Source of the DNA: Dipteris shenzhenensis
Taxonomy: Eukaryota
Length of the DNA: 64,000 nucleotides
Strand: one strand, 5' to 3'
NCBI GenBank assembly: GCA_047967505.1
Contig: CM106538.1
Shown: one piece after another, positions 37,484 to 49,648 of the stretch
Numbering within the stretch: position 1 is the first letter of the stretch
Layout of the letters: the number at the start of each line of letters is the position of its first letter
Program-made: the position numbers and the translations under genes
The notes under the pieces: model-generated
Database searches by the model: none
Seen by the model: only the letters and a program-made list of their open reading frames with translations
Told to the model about the DNA's origin: nothing

Positions 37484-39779
37484 AGTACACAGAGCATAAT
37501 AATGTTTTTTTGGATGTATGTAGGGTCCAAGCTACAATGGTGGAGTTTTACAACATGAAAGCATGGGGTAGGTTAAAATTATATTGTTTAGAGAGCTGGA
37601 ATTTTTATTGAAATCTTTTCTAATCATGTAAATCTTTTAATCTTTCAGATTGTGAAGGAAAGTTAGTATTTGTTATCAAATTGGATGAGTGTGAGGTTGT
37701 AAAAGGCCACAAGTTGGAGAGGGTTAGTATTACTTTGATGAATAAAGCCCTCGAACATGCCAAAGATAAAGATTTTAGTGTGCAATCGAAAAAGCACATT
37801 TGGTGGCTTGTCGGGTTTGAACTTCCTAAAGAGACACACTCATTCTTGAAATGGGTATTTGATAGATCTCCAATTCTAAGTGTCATAAATGCGCAAACGG
37901 AAGGAGAGTTGCTTCAAGTTGAAGGGTTCATATCATTTAAAGTTGAATGGCACATGGCAGGAGATCTTAAGACATTGAAGTGTATATTTGGAACGGAGTT
38001 GAGTGCAAATGCGACATATTCATGTCTTTATTGTATGCACTCACACCAACCTTGAGGCAGTAACATAGGAATACATAGAGGGAAAGAGCAAATAAAAAGA
38101 GGAAAAGACTTTGGGAATGCTAAAGATGTAATGAATGACATCATAGATTATGAGGCTAACAAACGGATGTATTGGAGCAATGGAGTAATGGGTTATAATC
38201 AGGATGCTGCACCCAACAGAGATCAGAACAATAAAAATTGGGATCCAATTTTAAACATTCCATTACAAAGAGTGCATTTTTGTGTGTTACATGCGGAGAT
38301 GCGGCTCATTGATAAATTGCTTTACTTGCACATTGTATATGCATGGAACATGAAACCGAAGGAGAGAGCGGCATCATGTATAGCAAGGGCCAAAGCTTTA
38401 CTCTCGAGCATGGGTCTACATGGGGGGAATGTAAAGCTAATCAAAGACGCACAATTGTCAGGAAAATCGGGAAATCTTCCAAATAAAGTGTCCATGGGAG
38501 GCTCTAAGGCACGAAGGTTTTTGTCCAATCATGGAAAACATCGATTAAATCTGCATTGGAATTATTGGAAAAAGTTATGTGATTGCACCACTAATTTGGA
38601 AGCTGATCCTCATGTTAGAACCTTGAGAATATGTGTTTGGAAAGAATTGGATAATCTGGTAAAGATCTTGAGGAAGCCTTCCATAGACGATGATGATGTG
38701 CAACTATATAAAGTCATCGTGAAAGAGTTCATTGAAGCCATGGTAGATGGATGGGGTGAATCACACATTACTCACTACATGGTGTGTTTGGTCTTTGCTA
38801 TTTTCAAAATTATAATTGCAATCAATTTATTATTGTTTACCTCATGTGTTTTTTCTATGTATGCAACACATTCTTTATGCTCATGGTCCATGGTTTCTTC
38901 GCCAATATGGTTCCTTGAATGCTTGGACTGCCCAAGGGATGGAAAAGTCTCATTATAGAGCTCGAGGTGCTTATTTCAAGAGTATGCGACATGGAGGGGG
39001 GATTAATGGAAGTAATGCTCTTCATGAGATGTTCGAGTGATTCTATCGTGGTATAGTCAGCTCCTCCTATGCAAGGAATAAAGCTTTGCAAACGGAGTTA
39101 GCCCAAGCAGTTCGTCGAACTCAAACGAGTAAAAGAAGGCATTCATGGATATCTTTGCAAGCTTCCCAAAAACATAGAAGTTGGATAGCAACCAAAAGTC
39201 GTGTTGGAAAGCGTTAGATCGCTAAACCAAGTGTACTTTGATGTTAATTAAAATCACACTTCAATATTTCTTGTGGACATTTGATTAATTGGCTCTTTGA
39301 AAAAAACAAGCGTTAAATTTTGTACTTGTGGACCCAACAAGGGTGGGCGATCAGAAAAGGTTGGGGAAGCGACCTCACGGGAGTTCAAGGGGAATTTCAA
39401 AAACCCCTTAAATAAGTTTTTTTCCCAAAAACAAACACCCCTCCTCTTCACGTAATTTTTTTCTAAAGTTGAATTTAAAAACCAAATGTTATAATGAACT
39501 AAGTAATTTTTTTGATAAATATCCCTTCTTTACAATGCACGTGGTACACTAAAATTTTGTGAGGTTAACCCCCGAGGGGACGATGACAAATAGGGGGGGG
39601 GGAGGGGTTGAGGGGGGTAAAGGGGGAAGGGAGGGGGGGGCTAACTAATAATGATGCACAAAATAAATATACCCCTATATATATGCAAATACCTTCATTT
39701 TCTCAGTACCACCAGTACTCTCTCATACTAGTACATTCCTTCCTACCATTACATTTCCCATAGCCCCACCATCATCGAC

Positions 39780-40870
39780 ATGGCAAGAATAAAGCAGACT
39801 GGAAGACCGGTAACTCCTAATCCCTCCCGATGTATACAATGCAATGATCGAAGAGAGAAGAAAGAGGAGGCAAGAGGAGGAGGAGAGGACAGAAACCAAT
39901 GAGTAAACAGATGATGATGAAGAAGATCATGGGGAGCAATCCAATTCTCAGAGTCAGCTCAAGAGCCAGAAAGCAAACCAGAAGAACAGGAGCGCAAAAG
40001 ACGCAGATTGGAAGAATGGGCCAGAGGACAAGAAGATGCCAGGAAAATGCGGATTCAATTGGCTCAACAGTAAAGGGCACAAATGGAGAGCCAACAACAA
40101 CGACCCGCATGGCACAATGCTACTTAGGACTTTCCACATTCTAGACAGGGTGGAAAATCTTTGCCAGAATTGCATCGCACAGCAAAAGGAAAAGGCAAAG
40201 CTCGTAGTAGGCGAGGTGGAGGTGGAGGTGGAGGTGGAGGTGGAGGTGGGGAGCAATCCAATTCTCAGAGTCAGCTTAAGAGCCAGAAAGTAGACCAAAA
40301 GAACAGGAGCGCAAAAGACGCAGATTGGAAGAATGGGCCAAAGGATAAGAAGATGCCAGGCAAATGCGGATTCAATTGGCTCAACAACAAAGGGCACAAA
40401 TGGAGAGCTAACAACGACGACCCGCATGGCACAATGCTACTCAAGACTTTCCACATTCTAGACAGTGTGGAAAATCTTTGCTAGAATTGCATCGCACAGC
40501 AAAAGGAAAAGGCAAAGCTTGTAGTAGGCGAGGTGGACGTGGAGGTGGAGGTGGAGTCCCTAGAAGACACCGCAGAAAGCCTCAAAGGAAGGCGCTTCAA
40601 GAGATAAGAAAGTATCAAAGTAGTGTGAACCTTCTAATCCCAAGAGCTCCGTTCGCTCGATTGGTGAAAGAGATTATGCAGTCCTACAGGGACAACTATC
40701 GTATTCAATCAATCGCACTGGTTGCCATACAAGAAGCAGCAGAAGGGGTGATCATAACCCTTCTTGAGGACACAAACTTGTGTGCAATCCATGCCAAGAG
40801 GGTTACGATCGTGGCAAAAGACATGCAGCTAGCAAGGCAGATCAGAGAAGACCCACAACTTAGGCCATAG
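39780..40870 (+). pseudogene. Histone H3-like gene of element A with an extended, internally duplicated N-terminal region
   Basis: Starts MARIKQTGR. Histone fold [28 protein letters not shown]...[17 protein letters not shown] stop and frameshifts lie in between; TATA-like TATATATA at ~39676. Confidence 0.85.
39931..40556 (+). repeat. ~317-bp tandem duplication inside the H3-like gene
   Basis: GGGGAGCAATCCAATTCTCAGAGTCAGC begins at 39931 and 40248; both copies end in (GGAGGT)n. Confidence 0.9.
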
Positions 40871-41149
40871 ATCAGATTTTTTGTTGTATTCACTATGAAC
40901 ACCAATTTTGTGCAAAGATGGTTGTAAATATTTTTTGTAATAGAATACTTTGAAAACTATTTTTCTTGTAGATTTTGGACTTTGAGCTTTCATTTTCAAG
41001 TGGATTCTTGCAGTGTATTATTTACTTCCATATCTGATGTATGTACATAATGTAATTGATTGTTGATGGTGGCAAATAATCATGGTAGAATGTAATTAGT
41101 CACTGGTAATTAGTCAATAATCATGGTAGAATGTGATTAGACACTAGTA

Positions 41150-41745
41150 TGTGATTGGGGATGCATCCCCCCAAAAAACAAAAACAAAAAAAAGCCCCTG
41201 AGGGGCCCTGGCCAGACGCCTGCACGACTTTGGGCCAGACGCCTGCGCGCACCAGGGCCCCTCAGGGGCTTTTTTTTTGTTTTTTTTAATGTATTTGTTT
41301 TTTGTGTGTGTGATGGGTGTGTGTGTAAGTGATGGGGGAAGCATCCAAAAAAAAAAAAAAAAAAAAAAGCCAAGAGGCCCTGGTGCGCGCAGTCACAACT
41401 TTGGGCCAGACGAGCCCAAAGTCACGCATGCACGCACCAGGGCCTCTCAGGGGCTTTTTTTGTTTTTTTTTTGTATTTGTTTTTTTTTTGGTGTGATGGG
41501 TGTGTGATGGGGGTAAGATATGCCCCAAAAGAAAGACATAGCCAAAACAAAAAAACAAAAAAAAGCCCCCGAGAGGCCCTGGTGTGCGCAGGCGCGACTT
41601 TGGGCCAGACGGCCCAAAGTCGCGCCTGTGCGCACCTCTTGGGGGCTTTTTTTTGTCTTTTTTAATTGGGGAATGCATCCCCCATCACTTACACACACAC
41701 ACCCATCACACACATAAGAAACAAATACAAAAAACAAAAAAAAGT
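41150..41745. repeat. Array of three GC-rich fold-back units bounded by A/T tracts
   Basis: A-tract, GAGGCCCTGG..., TTTGGGCCAGACG core, ...CCAGGGCC.CTCAGGGGC, T-tract; repeated three times with variation. Confidence 0.75.
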
Positions 41746-43014
41746 GCCTATGTCATGGCCACCTTTCGATCAAAGACGCAAAATTTTTGCCTAAATCAAT
41801 TTGCTTCTCCATGCCTGAAATGTGTCCCAATTTATACACCCATATCTTGATCATTAGCATTGAAATTTGGGACCCACGTTGAATCATGGTTTCATATGTC
41901 ATGTTGTCACATCATTTTAATCCATTGTTGCTCATAGCTATCAGTGCATTTGTTAACCTTACCATTTTGTATCAAACTTCATTGTAGTCATCACCAATGC
42001 CTTTAGAATATCAAGGCACGCTTCTAAAGAGATTTTGGCCATTTCTAGCATACTTTATAACATTTTACACCATAAGGACCTACATCTTCAATTGTGTGTA
42101 GCACCCCTTAGCCACAATTTCCATAAAAGTCAAAACCCAATCTCCTATGCTAGGATTGAGTCAGTCATATGCTTGTTCCCTATCCAAATTTGATAATACA
42201 CAAACACCAACCAAGTATACGTGTTGGATTATTGCCATCTCCATGTGTAACCATTGGAATAAGTGAGAGCTTGCCATCTCAATCATGGAGCATATATCCT
42301 CTTATTTTACATTAATCCTTCCAACTAACCATGCACATAACTAAATTAGCCACCATATTATTGTTCTATTTTCCTCCTAGGTTTGGGATGCAAAACATTC
42401 CTAGTCCCAAGATGAATCTAAATATGGAAGGGTTTGAGATTGTGCATCCAATTTAACCTTTTGTTGCTATCTTGATTAGAGTTCATCGGCAATCTTGATC
42501 TTGTCTATTCATACACCAAGTAACTTGAAGCATTCTTAAAACCTTTGATAAGGGAATGCACTTTTCTTCTAAATCAACCGTATATTTAAATTAAGGATAC
42601 ACTAAAATCCAAGAAATGAAACTCAATAATAATGCAAAACACCACCCATCTAGAAAACAAGAGAAATATATATTAAATTTTGATGTCTATACAATATTTT
42701 AGATGCACTTTTTACAAAATATTTGCTTCCTTAGCTTTAGCTACTATTGCTGCTCTCCTCTGAGTTGACAAAATAGTGGATTCACTGAAAGATTCTACAA
42801 GCTGCCCAGCATCATAAACACCTACCGAAGCACCCATAGCAGCAACCTCTTCCTGCTAGTGTCTCTCCAAAAGTAGATAGTGCCAAGTCCCGCCTCACCA
42901 AAATACACTTGCGCGCAGAAGGGGGTAAAGGCACAAGGGAGACTAGCTTTGAAAGTGCCTTGCACTTTATCATCTCCTCCTTCCCATAAGGGGAGAACAA
43001 AATATGGAAGCACA

Positions 43015-43046
43015 CATTAGGGAAAAAGGGAACTCATTTTGGGGCC
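43015..43046 (+). repeat. Left TIR of element B
   Basis: CATTAGGGAAAAAGGGAACTCATTTTGGGGCC. Confidence 0.9.
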
Positions 43047-43415
43047 CTGTAAGAAATTCACTATTTTTTGATTTATTTCTCTCCTAAAAGACCTCAAAAA
43101 TAGTAAAATACGGAAACGTGGCTCAGATTTGTCAGTAAGGACTACAGAACTGTCAATTCAAAAAGGAATAAGATAATCTTTTGTCTGACTAACACGATTT
43201 TGTATTAAATATCCTCTTAGATTTTTTTTTGTTTACCAAAGATTCCGCATCTCTTTGGCCGACGTGTGCAGGTCTTTCATTAAGAGTCCATCATTGAACT
43301 TAGTGATTGCAAGTTTTCAAAATATTCACATGGATACCGCCACACTTCCATGATTCATGTTACAAAACGACGATGAGATTGAAAAACAAACTTCGCAACC
43401 TGAGGAGCACAAAAA

Positions 43416-46151
43416 ATGGCCGATACTAGTGAGTCACTATCTGAGAAGAAGCGATTACACCATCTTCACATCGACTTGGAAGAACAATATGCTCCAGCAC
43501 AAAAAAGACGAAAGGATACGGTGCTGAATGCTCAACAGCGGGAAAATATGAGAAGAGAAGGGCTTCAACATATTGACTTATGGTGCGACGGAAGCATATA
43601 TCCAAAATGTCAAGTAAAAAACTCTACACCTCCATTTGTCAATCCCACCACATTACTGAGGTTTGCCGGCGATGGACAAAATGGACTTCTTGGTTATATT
43701 TCAGCGCAATCTGCATTTGTGGAAACGTATAAAATGATGTACCTACAAGAAAAGGGGGCCAAGATGGAGGAGATAGCCATTCGTGGAAAATTGGAGCAGC
43801 AGTTGCAGAATGAAATCGAGGAGCATTCAAAGAGTAAAAAAGAATTGACAAGAGCAAGAAAGAAGAGAACCGTGCTTGGAGACAGACAACGTAGCAGGAA
43901 GATTAAAAACATTGCAAATTTGAAGGCTGGGACTGGTGGATGCAAGCGACGAATTCAGGAAGCAAGGTTAGATTGAAATTTATCATTTTGTATACTCAAA
44001 AAGGCTCTCTTCCAGACTATATCTATTTCGTTGATTGTCGCAAAATAAGAATGGAGGTGCTGAATAATATAGTCATATAATGTTGTTATTACAGGAAATT
44101 ATTGGAGCCTGCAAAAGAAAATATGGACCCGAACCTTCTTCCTGTTAAACAAATGAAAGGATTGCTTTCTTGCGGTGTAGCAAAAGGTTTGATTGAGGAA
44201 AAAAAATACAAAACAGTCAAACGCAATGTTGTAGAGGACTTTGTATCCAATAATCAAGTTGATGGCACTATAATCCAAGAGGCTCTTGATGTTAGTGGAG
44301 TTAGCAGGAAGGGATATAGTTCGATTTTCCATGCGATATCCTCAACTTTGAAAGATCAAAGGATTAAACGAGTTTTACTGCCAAATCCAGCAACCGTGTG
44401 GAGGATAAGAGGTCATTTGAATGAAAGTATAGATGAATTTATTGGGCAGTATATCCATATTGAAGAAATATTTCATGGTGTTAAAGGAACCACTGTGTAT
44501 GATCCTTGGAACAATATATTTTTAGATCTGCAACAACTTCAAAAAAGAATGGTCGAGTTTTATGGAATAACATTTGAGGAGTGCAAAGGCATTTTGAAAT
44601 TTGTTATCAAACTGGATGAGTGTGAGGTTGTAAAGGAAAAGAAAATGGAAAGAGTTACTATTACATTGATGAATGGAGCGATTGATACATCATTGACTGA
44701 AGCGAGTTCAAAGTATTTTAGTGTGCAGTCAGAGAAACACATATGGTGGTTAGGCTCGTTCCAGGTATGATCATGGGCTGTTTTATACTTGATTTTGGTC
44801 ATTGTTTTCAAATCTGATATAGTAATACTTTTGTTTTCTATAATCTCGCAGGTGAAGACCGAAGACCATGAAACACTAGATTGGGTGTTTCATCACACGA
44901 AAATACCAACAATAATCAAAAGACAAGTGCAAGGCGAGAATCTCCATGTTGCAGGAAAAGGTGATTTTCAAGTAGAGTGGCACATGGCCGGGGATCTTAA
45001 AACACTTAAGTGCATGTATAACATTAGTAAAGGAGGCAACTCAAAGTCTCCTTGTCTTTACTGCAAAGAATCAGCTCAAGTAATGGATTCAAAATGGTGG
45101 AAGAGAGCACCTAATAGAGATAAAGTTGACCCTGACTTCAAGGCCATTCTGGACATTCCACTATGTAATGTTCACATCTGCACATTGCATGGTCTATGTC
45201 GAATTATTGAGAAATTGGTATTTTTATATATTGGATTTGCTTGGAAACTCCGTCCCGAAAAAAATAGAAAGGATGCTCTTCAAGCATTGGAAAAAGTGTT
45301 ATCCGATATAGGTCTGCATGGAGGAGATGTTCAAATCACAAAGGATTTTAAAAAGTCTACCAATGGCAAGGAGGTACCAATCAAGCCCTCTATTGGTGGT
45401 GTTAAGGCAAGAAGATTCTTGTCTCGACCCAAACACAGTAAGCAAGTAAGGCAAGGTAGAGCAGTTTCAAAGATTAATTATGGATTGTGGAAGCAAGTCC
45501 ATAATGCTGTGAAAGATCATGAGGCAGATGGGGAAGCACGAAATAGGAAGGCAGAGGTGTGGAGGTCTCTTGATCAACTCTTCATGTTCTGTGACAAAGT
45601 AACATGGACAAAGAGTGATTACAAGAACTTTGAGGAGGCAATTAAACATTTTGGGAAGTCAATGAAAGACGCGTGGACAGCCTGCAATATAACTCACTAC
45701 ATGGTAAGGTTCTGTCTTTTTCTTTTACTTAAGTGTGATCCTCTTTTTTTTATTACTTACTATGCATTCTTATGTCTTACAGCATATCATATACAACCAC
45801 CTTCCCTATTTTGTCAAAAAGTATGGATGCCCAGCTATTTGGTCTACCCAAGGCATGGAGAAGTCTCACTACATGGCACGTAATGCATTTTTTAGACACA
45901 CACAACACTATGGAGGGAGTCAGAAGGCGAATAGTCTGAAGGAAGTCTTCCAATGGTTTTACCGAGGCATACTACAAAGGCTGCATGCTAAAAGAAAAGT
46001 TGCTAGCTCCAAAATCAAGCTTGCTTTTCTTCTAGCCCAAAAGCAAAGACGAAGACAAGCTCTAGACAATTCAATTGCAGCAAAGAGACATAGACAGTGG
46101 AGGGAATCGAAGATATTTAGAAACCATAAATGGACAAGTAAACATGAATAG
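43416..46151 (+). CDS. RAG1/Transib-like DDE transposase; exons 43416-43966, 44095-44764, 44852-45703, 45783-46151; ~813 aa
   Basis: GT-AG introns join the ORFs in frame. VIKLDEC (D1), EDHETL, AGDLK (D2), CLYC, CTLH, HIIYNH and QGMEKSH (E) occur in RAG1-core order. Confidence 0.85.
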
Positions 46152-46474
46152 GACTCATTTGTAACTTATTGGAGTTATGTCCACATGTTTTCAAACTCAT
46201 TCAATAGAAATTTTTTTAGTGGAACAAGTGACTCTTGGTGTTATGCATGAAAAAAATTTCAATGTGAAACATATGATCTGAACTTAATACAATTTGTTTA
46301 CAATTTCAATATATTGTTCATTTAATATTTAACGACACCACTCTATGTAAATGTACAAATCATTTCATCATCAACTTATTAATCATTTATACAAGATCAT
46401 ACCAGATATCAAAGACTTTATACAAATCAGTTCAAATTTAATATAATGTTTGTGCTATATTCGATGACTAAATC

Positions 46475-48163
46475 CTATTTCTCCCAGGGCCTGTTCATCG
46501 GAACTCTCTTTTTGATCTTGATTGGAGTCTTTTTCTTCTTTATTGGCTTGATGTCGACTGTCTCTTTATCCTTTTCTTCAGCTCTCTCCACCTGTTCCTC
46601 TTCTTGGACTGTGTGGCCTGATGCAATCATGGGTGGCTCTCGAAACCTTACAAGCTGGTGTTTTCCATAGCCCTCCAGATATTTGGGGTCCTTAACACCA
46701 CATGCTAATGCATAAGAAGTGTAAGACAAAAAGTAAGCGGCCCTAGAGGCCTGCTTATTCACATAATCTCCAAATATATCTATGGCAGACAACCTCTCTA
46801 TCAAAATGATCTTTTCCTTTTGCCATGAAAGAGCATGTCCACCTAAAGCCCTGGACAAACATTTTAGGAAGTAAACAATGGCTTCTCCATTGTTGCTCAA
46901 CTGCCTAAGGTAAATCAAGATCTTGGCACTGCCTAGATCATGAATATAATGAGCTAGGCCTGACATTTTGCGAAACCCAACCTGCCTGCTTCCACTTGAT
47001 CTCTGGAGGAATGTGTCATCCTCAATTTGTAGCTGCAACATATCAAAGGATTGGAGTGAGACAATACACAACCTACAAAACTAAAGTTAAGCAGAAGTCA
47101 AAGTATATGATTTGAAGTACCTTCTCATTTTCATCAGCAACAAGCAGTTCATCTTTCCAAAGATTTATCCCTCTCCCTTCTTGTACAGCCTCTTCTCTAG
47201 TCTTTTCTGTGTATAGAGCTGAGAGATTCATAGCTCCCTGTGTGAGCTGGAAGGCAGCTTCATCTGGCTCTTGGAACTTTTCAGCGTCTTTGAAACAAAA
47301 TGAAAGGGCCTCTACAGGATCAAACATTGTTTCCAAAGCCAGAAGTGATTGGTCATCCTCTATGTCAACCTCCTTGTCAAGCCTTGAAGCCTGGGCAATA
47401 AGGGAAATGGCATAGTCCTCCCTCAAATCAAACATACACTCTATATCATGGAGGAAAACATAATCCTTTCCACCAATCAACACACCTGGAAGCATGGGCA
47501 CTGCATAGTTGCTGCTCTGAACATCAAAATCTTCAACTGGCTCTGCTCCCCTCAGAGTTTTATTCCTCAGTTGAACAAGGTCAAGAGCAGCCACTTGCAG
47601 CCCCTCATCCTGAAGGTTGATATCTTCTTCTTGCTCTGCCATTTCAGAGCCCAAAGAAACATCCTCCTTTTCAGAAGCTTCAGATGTGTCTTCTTCTTCT
47701 GTTTCCTGCCCTTGTTCATCCAAAGACTCCTGACTGAAGACAATGTACATGAGAAATGCCATGCTCTCCTCCAGCACTCTGCACTTTCTGGTGTGCAAAG
47801 TAAAGTTGAATTTATAGTGATCAGGCAGGCTGTCAAATCTTCTGCTCACATGGTACCTCAACCTGTCATTGGAGACAATATGATTAATGTGCACAAAAAC
47901 CTTTTCACCTCCCACAATTCTTCCTGCCTCTGTCAGTTCTTTGAAGGCATCCCAATAGTCTGAAAGAAAATCTTTGTGTTGCTCCAGTACAGAGCTCATT
48001 GAGAACTCCATGTTGAATATACTGTGGTATAAATGGAAGTTACTCTGAGCCTTGCATTTGTGAAGAAACTCAAATAGGAGAAAATCTGGAGAACTGTCCT
48101 CTTCTGGTTCCATTTGTTTTTTGATGGAAGAATCAGCACTCTGCTCCAGCCTCTTCTTTTTGC
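46475..48163 (-). CDS. Gene X of element B, acidic protein of unknown function (exons 48163-47121 and 47032-46475; 5' exons unresolved)
   Basis: Two long ORFs joined by a GT-AG intron, with a conserved paralogue in element A. Confidence 0.75.
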
Positions 48164-48437
48164 CTGTTCAAAAACTTATATACTATGAATTCTATATGCT
48201 GACATATGCAATCAGTGAATGCATTGTATATCACCAGATAATTCCTTCATGACATCTCATCACTCACCTGGTGATTGCTGAGGTTTTATTATAGCAGCAG
48301 AAAAGTCCAGCTTCCTCTTGAAAGGTGGGGCCTGGGAGCCAGCTGTTCCAAAACAAAAACATTTCTCATCATCAAGGAAGATCTCCACAGGGCTAAAGGT
48401 AGCAAATTAATGAGGTAGAAGTGAGAAACAAATAATA

Positions 48438-48930
48438 CACAGGAATTTGCAGCAAAATGCGATATGGGCTGTTTAGAGAATTGTAAACCACTCTCCTCGC
48501 ATTTTGTTGCAAATTCTCAAATTCTGGTCATGTGCATGTCAAATCAAGAACTTGGTTCATCTCAGTGATTCCTGGACACTATGATCTCATATGCAAGAGA
48601 AATAATGGAATGAGTGATACTATTCATGAGGAATGTGTCAACAACAGGAATTTGCAGCAAAATGCGATATGGGCTGTTTAGAGAACTATAAACCACTCTC
48701 CTCGCATTTTGTTGCAAATTCTCAAGTTCTGTTCATGTGCATGTCAAATCAAGCACTTGCTTCATTTCAATGATTCCTGGACACTATGCTCTCATATGCA
48801 AGAGAAAAAATGGAATGAATGAAAATTTTCATGAGCAAGGAGTCCACAACAGGAATTTGCAGCAAAATGCGATATGGGCTGTTTAGAGAATTCCAAACCA
48901 CTCTCCTCGCATTTTGTTGCAAATTTCTTG
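48438..48930. repeat. 205-bp tandem repeat with a hairpin core (3 cores)
   Basis: GAATTTGCAGCAAAATGCGA...TCGCATTTTGTTGCAAATT at 48443, 48648 and 48853. Confidence 0.9.
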
Positions 48931-49648
48931 TTTCTGTTCATATCAACCTACAATCTAATTTCTGGGTGATTTACCACATTGTGGAAGAAGGATGGAGCTG
49001 AGTGAAGACATTGGGACATAAAAAATCCAATGGATGGAAGAAATAAATGTTGAAAAACATTGAAACCAAACTAGAACTCTGACCTTTTTTTTCCTTTTCC
49101 ATGCTGATTGAGTTGCACTGGTAAATCTCCTGCTCTTTCTCTAGCTTGAACCTTGCACTCTAGGTAACCTGGAGATCTGGCAGTACTGTCTTCAGGCAGG
49201 CTGCAGTCTGGATGGAGTGTGCTGGGTAGGAAAGAATCAGAGAGAAAGGATCAGGAGAGAGTCGTGGCAGGGATGAGAGATTGGAATCCAGGGGAGGGAA
49301 AAGTGGTTGTGGTATTCATGATGAAATAATGAATGGCACAAGTTCCAAGGAATAAAGTGTACTTTCACACGTGCCAGATTTCAAACTCCAAGAGATCTGG
49401 GTCCCATCCACACGTGTGAAAAACGACTAGATTCCACACGTGTGGGATTTAGTGATTCTTTAATTCATTTTGCACTTCTTTGTGGTATCCTGTTTTAGAA
49501 CTCTTGCCCTTTAGTCTCTGCTCTCTTGCCTCCCTACCTCCATACTCTGCAGCATCAGCATCTTGTCCAGCAGCACAGAATCATCCTCAGCACAGATTAC
49601 TCCTCAGCAGCACAGCACATCCACAGATAGACTCCAGGTCAGGAAGAA

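Larger units (their letters stand above)
27529..39218 (+). pseudogene. RAG1/Transib-like transposase of element A, split by the LTR retrotransposon
   Basis: Removing the insertion restores RTFEYTEHNNVFLDV. Motifs FVIKLDECEVV, FSVQSKKHIWW, WHMAGDLK, CLYC, CVLH, THYM|HILYAH and QGMEKSH; two intron positions shared with the B transposase; in-frame stops at 28274, 38053 and 39038. Confidence 0.85.

Noticed and set aside
40478-40870. CENH3 or canonical histone H3 call for either H3-like gene
   Set aside because: Loop 1 is canonical in length, the tails are atypical and both genes sit inside transposons. The B protein has some CENH3-like residues (RW, HRVTL) but keeps the H3 Gln in PFQRL.
43005-43014. 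CAC-type Transib terminus and 5-bp TSD (CACACATTAG)
   Set aside because: The right end and the orphan end do not extend to CAC, the flanks GCACA and CTAGG do not match, and these bases belong to the interrupted gene X frame.
46475-48163. Gene X as a RAG2 homologue
   Set aside because: Only the orientation matches; no kelch repeats or PHD cysteine pattern is visible.
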